From: Vitrella brassicaformis CCMP3155
Lineage: Eukaryota > Protista > Chromerida
DNA: 6,335 bases
Direction: 5' to 3'
NCBI GenBank assembly: GCA_001179505.1
Contig: CDMY01001009.1
Location: forward strand, 1 to 6,335
Below are positions 4,934-6,335 of this stretch, in pieces (position 1 is the first letter of the stretch; every line of letters begins with the position of its first letter). The notes beneath the pieces were generated by a model, which saw only the letters and a list, made by a program, of their open reading frames with translations, had not been told where the DNA came from and searched no databases. Both the position numbers and the translations under genes were made by a program.

Positions 4934-6335
4934 ATGGAGCCACAGGAGCAGGAGCAGCAGCAGCACCAACAGCAACAGCAGCAGCAGGGGGCTCACCACC
5001 ATGACCAGGGAGGGAGCACTCGTGAGCGTCGGACACGCACACGCACAGCCCCACTCCCATTCCTTCACTGTATCCCCCTCTTGTCCGTCAGGCCCCTCCA
5101 TCGCCCGATCCATGTTCGACCACTTCGCCAACCTGTGCTGCCCCACGGCCCGGGCCAAGGAGGGGGGGCCGGCGTTCTACGACGTGAATGGTCAGCAGCC
5201 ATTAATGAATGGCATCCGCGCACATAGCAAGCATGAATGTCCTGTGGGATTGTCTGTTGGTTGCAGTCCGCGAGGAGCATCTCCGGGGTATGAGCAGCAC
5301 ACGGCTATACGAGTTAATGTGCCACGGTTGCTGTCCCTGCTCTGTTGTGTGCAGGCCGGGGCAGCAGCACCGCCACACCCGCCAACACCAACCACGACAC
5401 CAACAAAGACACCAACAAGCCAGCGCTGGTTCGGGAACAAAAGAAGTCTGACACAAGTCAGGTACCCATTGCTGCTGTCTGCGTGTGTTGTCGTCTGTGT
5501 GTGCAGGGGGCGATGGGGACAATGTCCACCAGGGTACGTGAGTCAGAATGCCAAGAAGGCAGCCAAACACGCCGACCATCGTGCCGTTGTCTCCCATGTG
5601 TGCAGGAGTCCCTCCCCGCGTCACCAACGGCCAAGGCCAAGCCCAAGGTATCCACACTCGAGAGAATCAGCAGTGTCGTGACGCACACAACCACACACAC
5701 ACACATTGCCCTTTTGTGGCCTGTGTGTGTGCGGTTGGTTGGGTGCAGCAGCCTGCCTTCCACGCCCAGCCAGCCGAGCAGCAGGAGGACGACCAAGAGG
5801 ACGACCACAGCCAGCCAGAAGGTACTACGTTGATATCTATAGAGATACGCGTACATCTGTCGTATGTGTCTGTTATGCCCTTTGTGTGCAGCAGGAGGGC
5901 AAGACGACGCGACGGCCGCGCAGAGGGCGGGTAGGAGGAATCAATCAGTGATCGTCGCACGGCAGAGATGGACGTGCTCACTGTGTCTGTGCCGCTGCAG
6001 CCGTGGAGCGGACCGAGCGGGAGGGCATCGACGAGGAGGCCTCGGATGACCACGAGGGTATGTGTGGGGGCGACACATCACTATGCACACACACACCCTT
6101 GTGTGTTGGGCTGTGCGTATCGATGCAGACTTCTGGATTGCGGAGCTCCCGCAACACGCCCACCCCGTGCACAGCCACCCGGAATGGTTCCTGGGTTACC
6201 ACGGCGACGGTAAGAGTGCGTTGATGTCTGAGAGGGTAAGGATAAAGGCCTTGCCATTGTTGCCTTGGGTGATTCAGACGAGCAGCAGCGACCTGATGAG
6301 GACAGAGCCGAGCTGGCGGCAGGTACGTATTCACC
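4934..6335 (+). CDS. Right copy of unknown low-complexity acidic/Gln-rich 'gene X' (partial; runs off the right edge)
   Basis: Eleven phase-consistent exons with no stop: 4934-5021, 5092-5190, 5267-5287, 5355-5461, 5507-5533, 5606-5647, 5749-5821, 5892-5930, 6001-6057, 6129-6209 and 6278-6322. Spliced: MEPQEQEQQQHQQQQQQQGAHHHDQGGSTRPSIARSMFDHFANLCCPTARAKEGGPAFYDVNVREEHLRGRGSSTATPANTNHDTNKDTNKPALVREQKKSDTSQGAMGTMSTRESLPASPTAKAKPKQPAFHAQPAEQQEDDQEDDHSQPEAGGQDDATAAQRAAVERTEREGIDEEASDDHEDFWIAELPQHAHPVHSHPEWFLGYHGDDEQQRPDEDRAELAA. No family recognised. Confidence 0.75.
4943..4987 (+). repeat. CAG-rich tract encoding poly-Gln
   Basis: caggagcaggagcagcagcagcaccaacagcaacagcagcagcag reads QEQEQQQHQQQQQQQ. 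Confidence 0.85.
5931..6335 (+). repeat. Right arm of the long imperfect inverted repeat (partner 175-586)
   Basis: Aligns to the reverse complement of 175-586 from the GTAGGAGGAATC donor to the window end. Confidence 0.97.

Noticed and set aside
4851-5681. 276-aa + strand ORF and other long ORFs in 4850-6335
   Set aside because: They run through clear GT-AG introns and CA/TG tracts; the 11-exon spliced model explains the region better.
1-6335. Transposase, tRNA/rRNA gene or CRISPR array
   Set aside because: I saw no transposase or reverse transcriptase motifs, cloverleaf, rRNA-like sequence or regularly spaced direct repeats. The inverted arms consist of intron-containing coding sequence, so a mobile element is not called as a feature.

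Overview
GC-rich, intron-dense eukaryotic DNA with short (41-115 nt) GT-AG introns that tend to be CA-rich at the 5' end and TG-rich at the 3' end. This style suggests an alveolate such as the chromerid Vitrella (inference only). Most ORFs in the supplied track are exon/intron shadows, so I spliced the genes by hand; no database search was run. From a central 430-bp divergent region, two transcription units run outward. LEFT (-): a GST/EF1Bgamma-like domain, an Ala-rich linker and the anticodon-binding OB fold of asparaginyl-tRNA synthetase. It stops at the end of the OB fold (apparent 1-nt deletion, TGA at 693-695), and no catalytic domain follows. RIGHT (+): a class I/II PLP-dependent aminotransferase, complete except for a 5-bp tandem duplication that shifts the frame. 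Both units run into copies of the same unknown acidic, Gln-rich multi-exon gene ('gene X'). These copies form diverged inverted repeats at the window ends (175-586 vs 5931-6335). An in-frame candidate intron joins each enzyme fragment to gene X exons once its single frameshift is repaired. The locus may be a rearranged, decaying inverted duplication or a source of chimeric genes. Assembly error has not been excluded.
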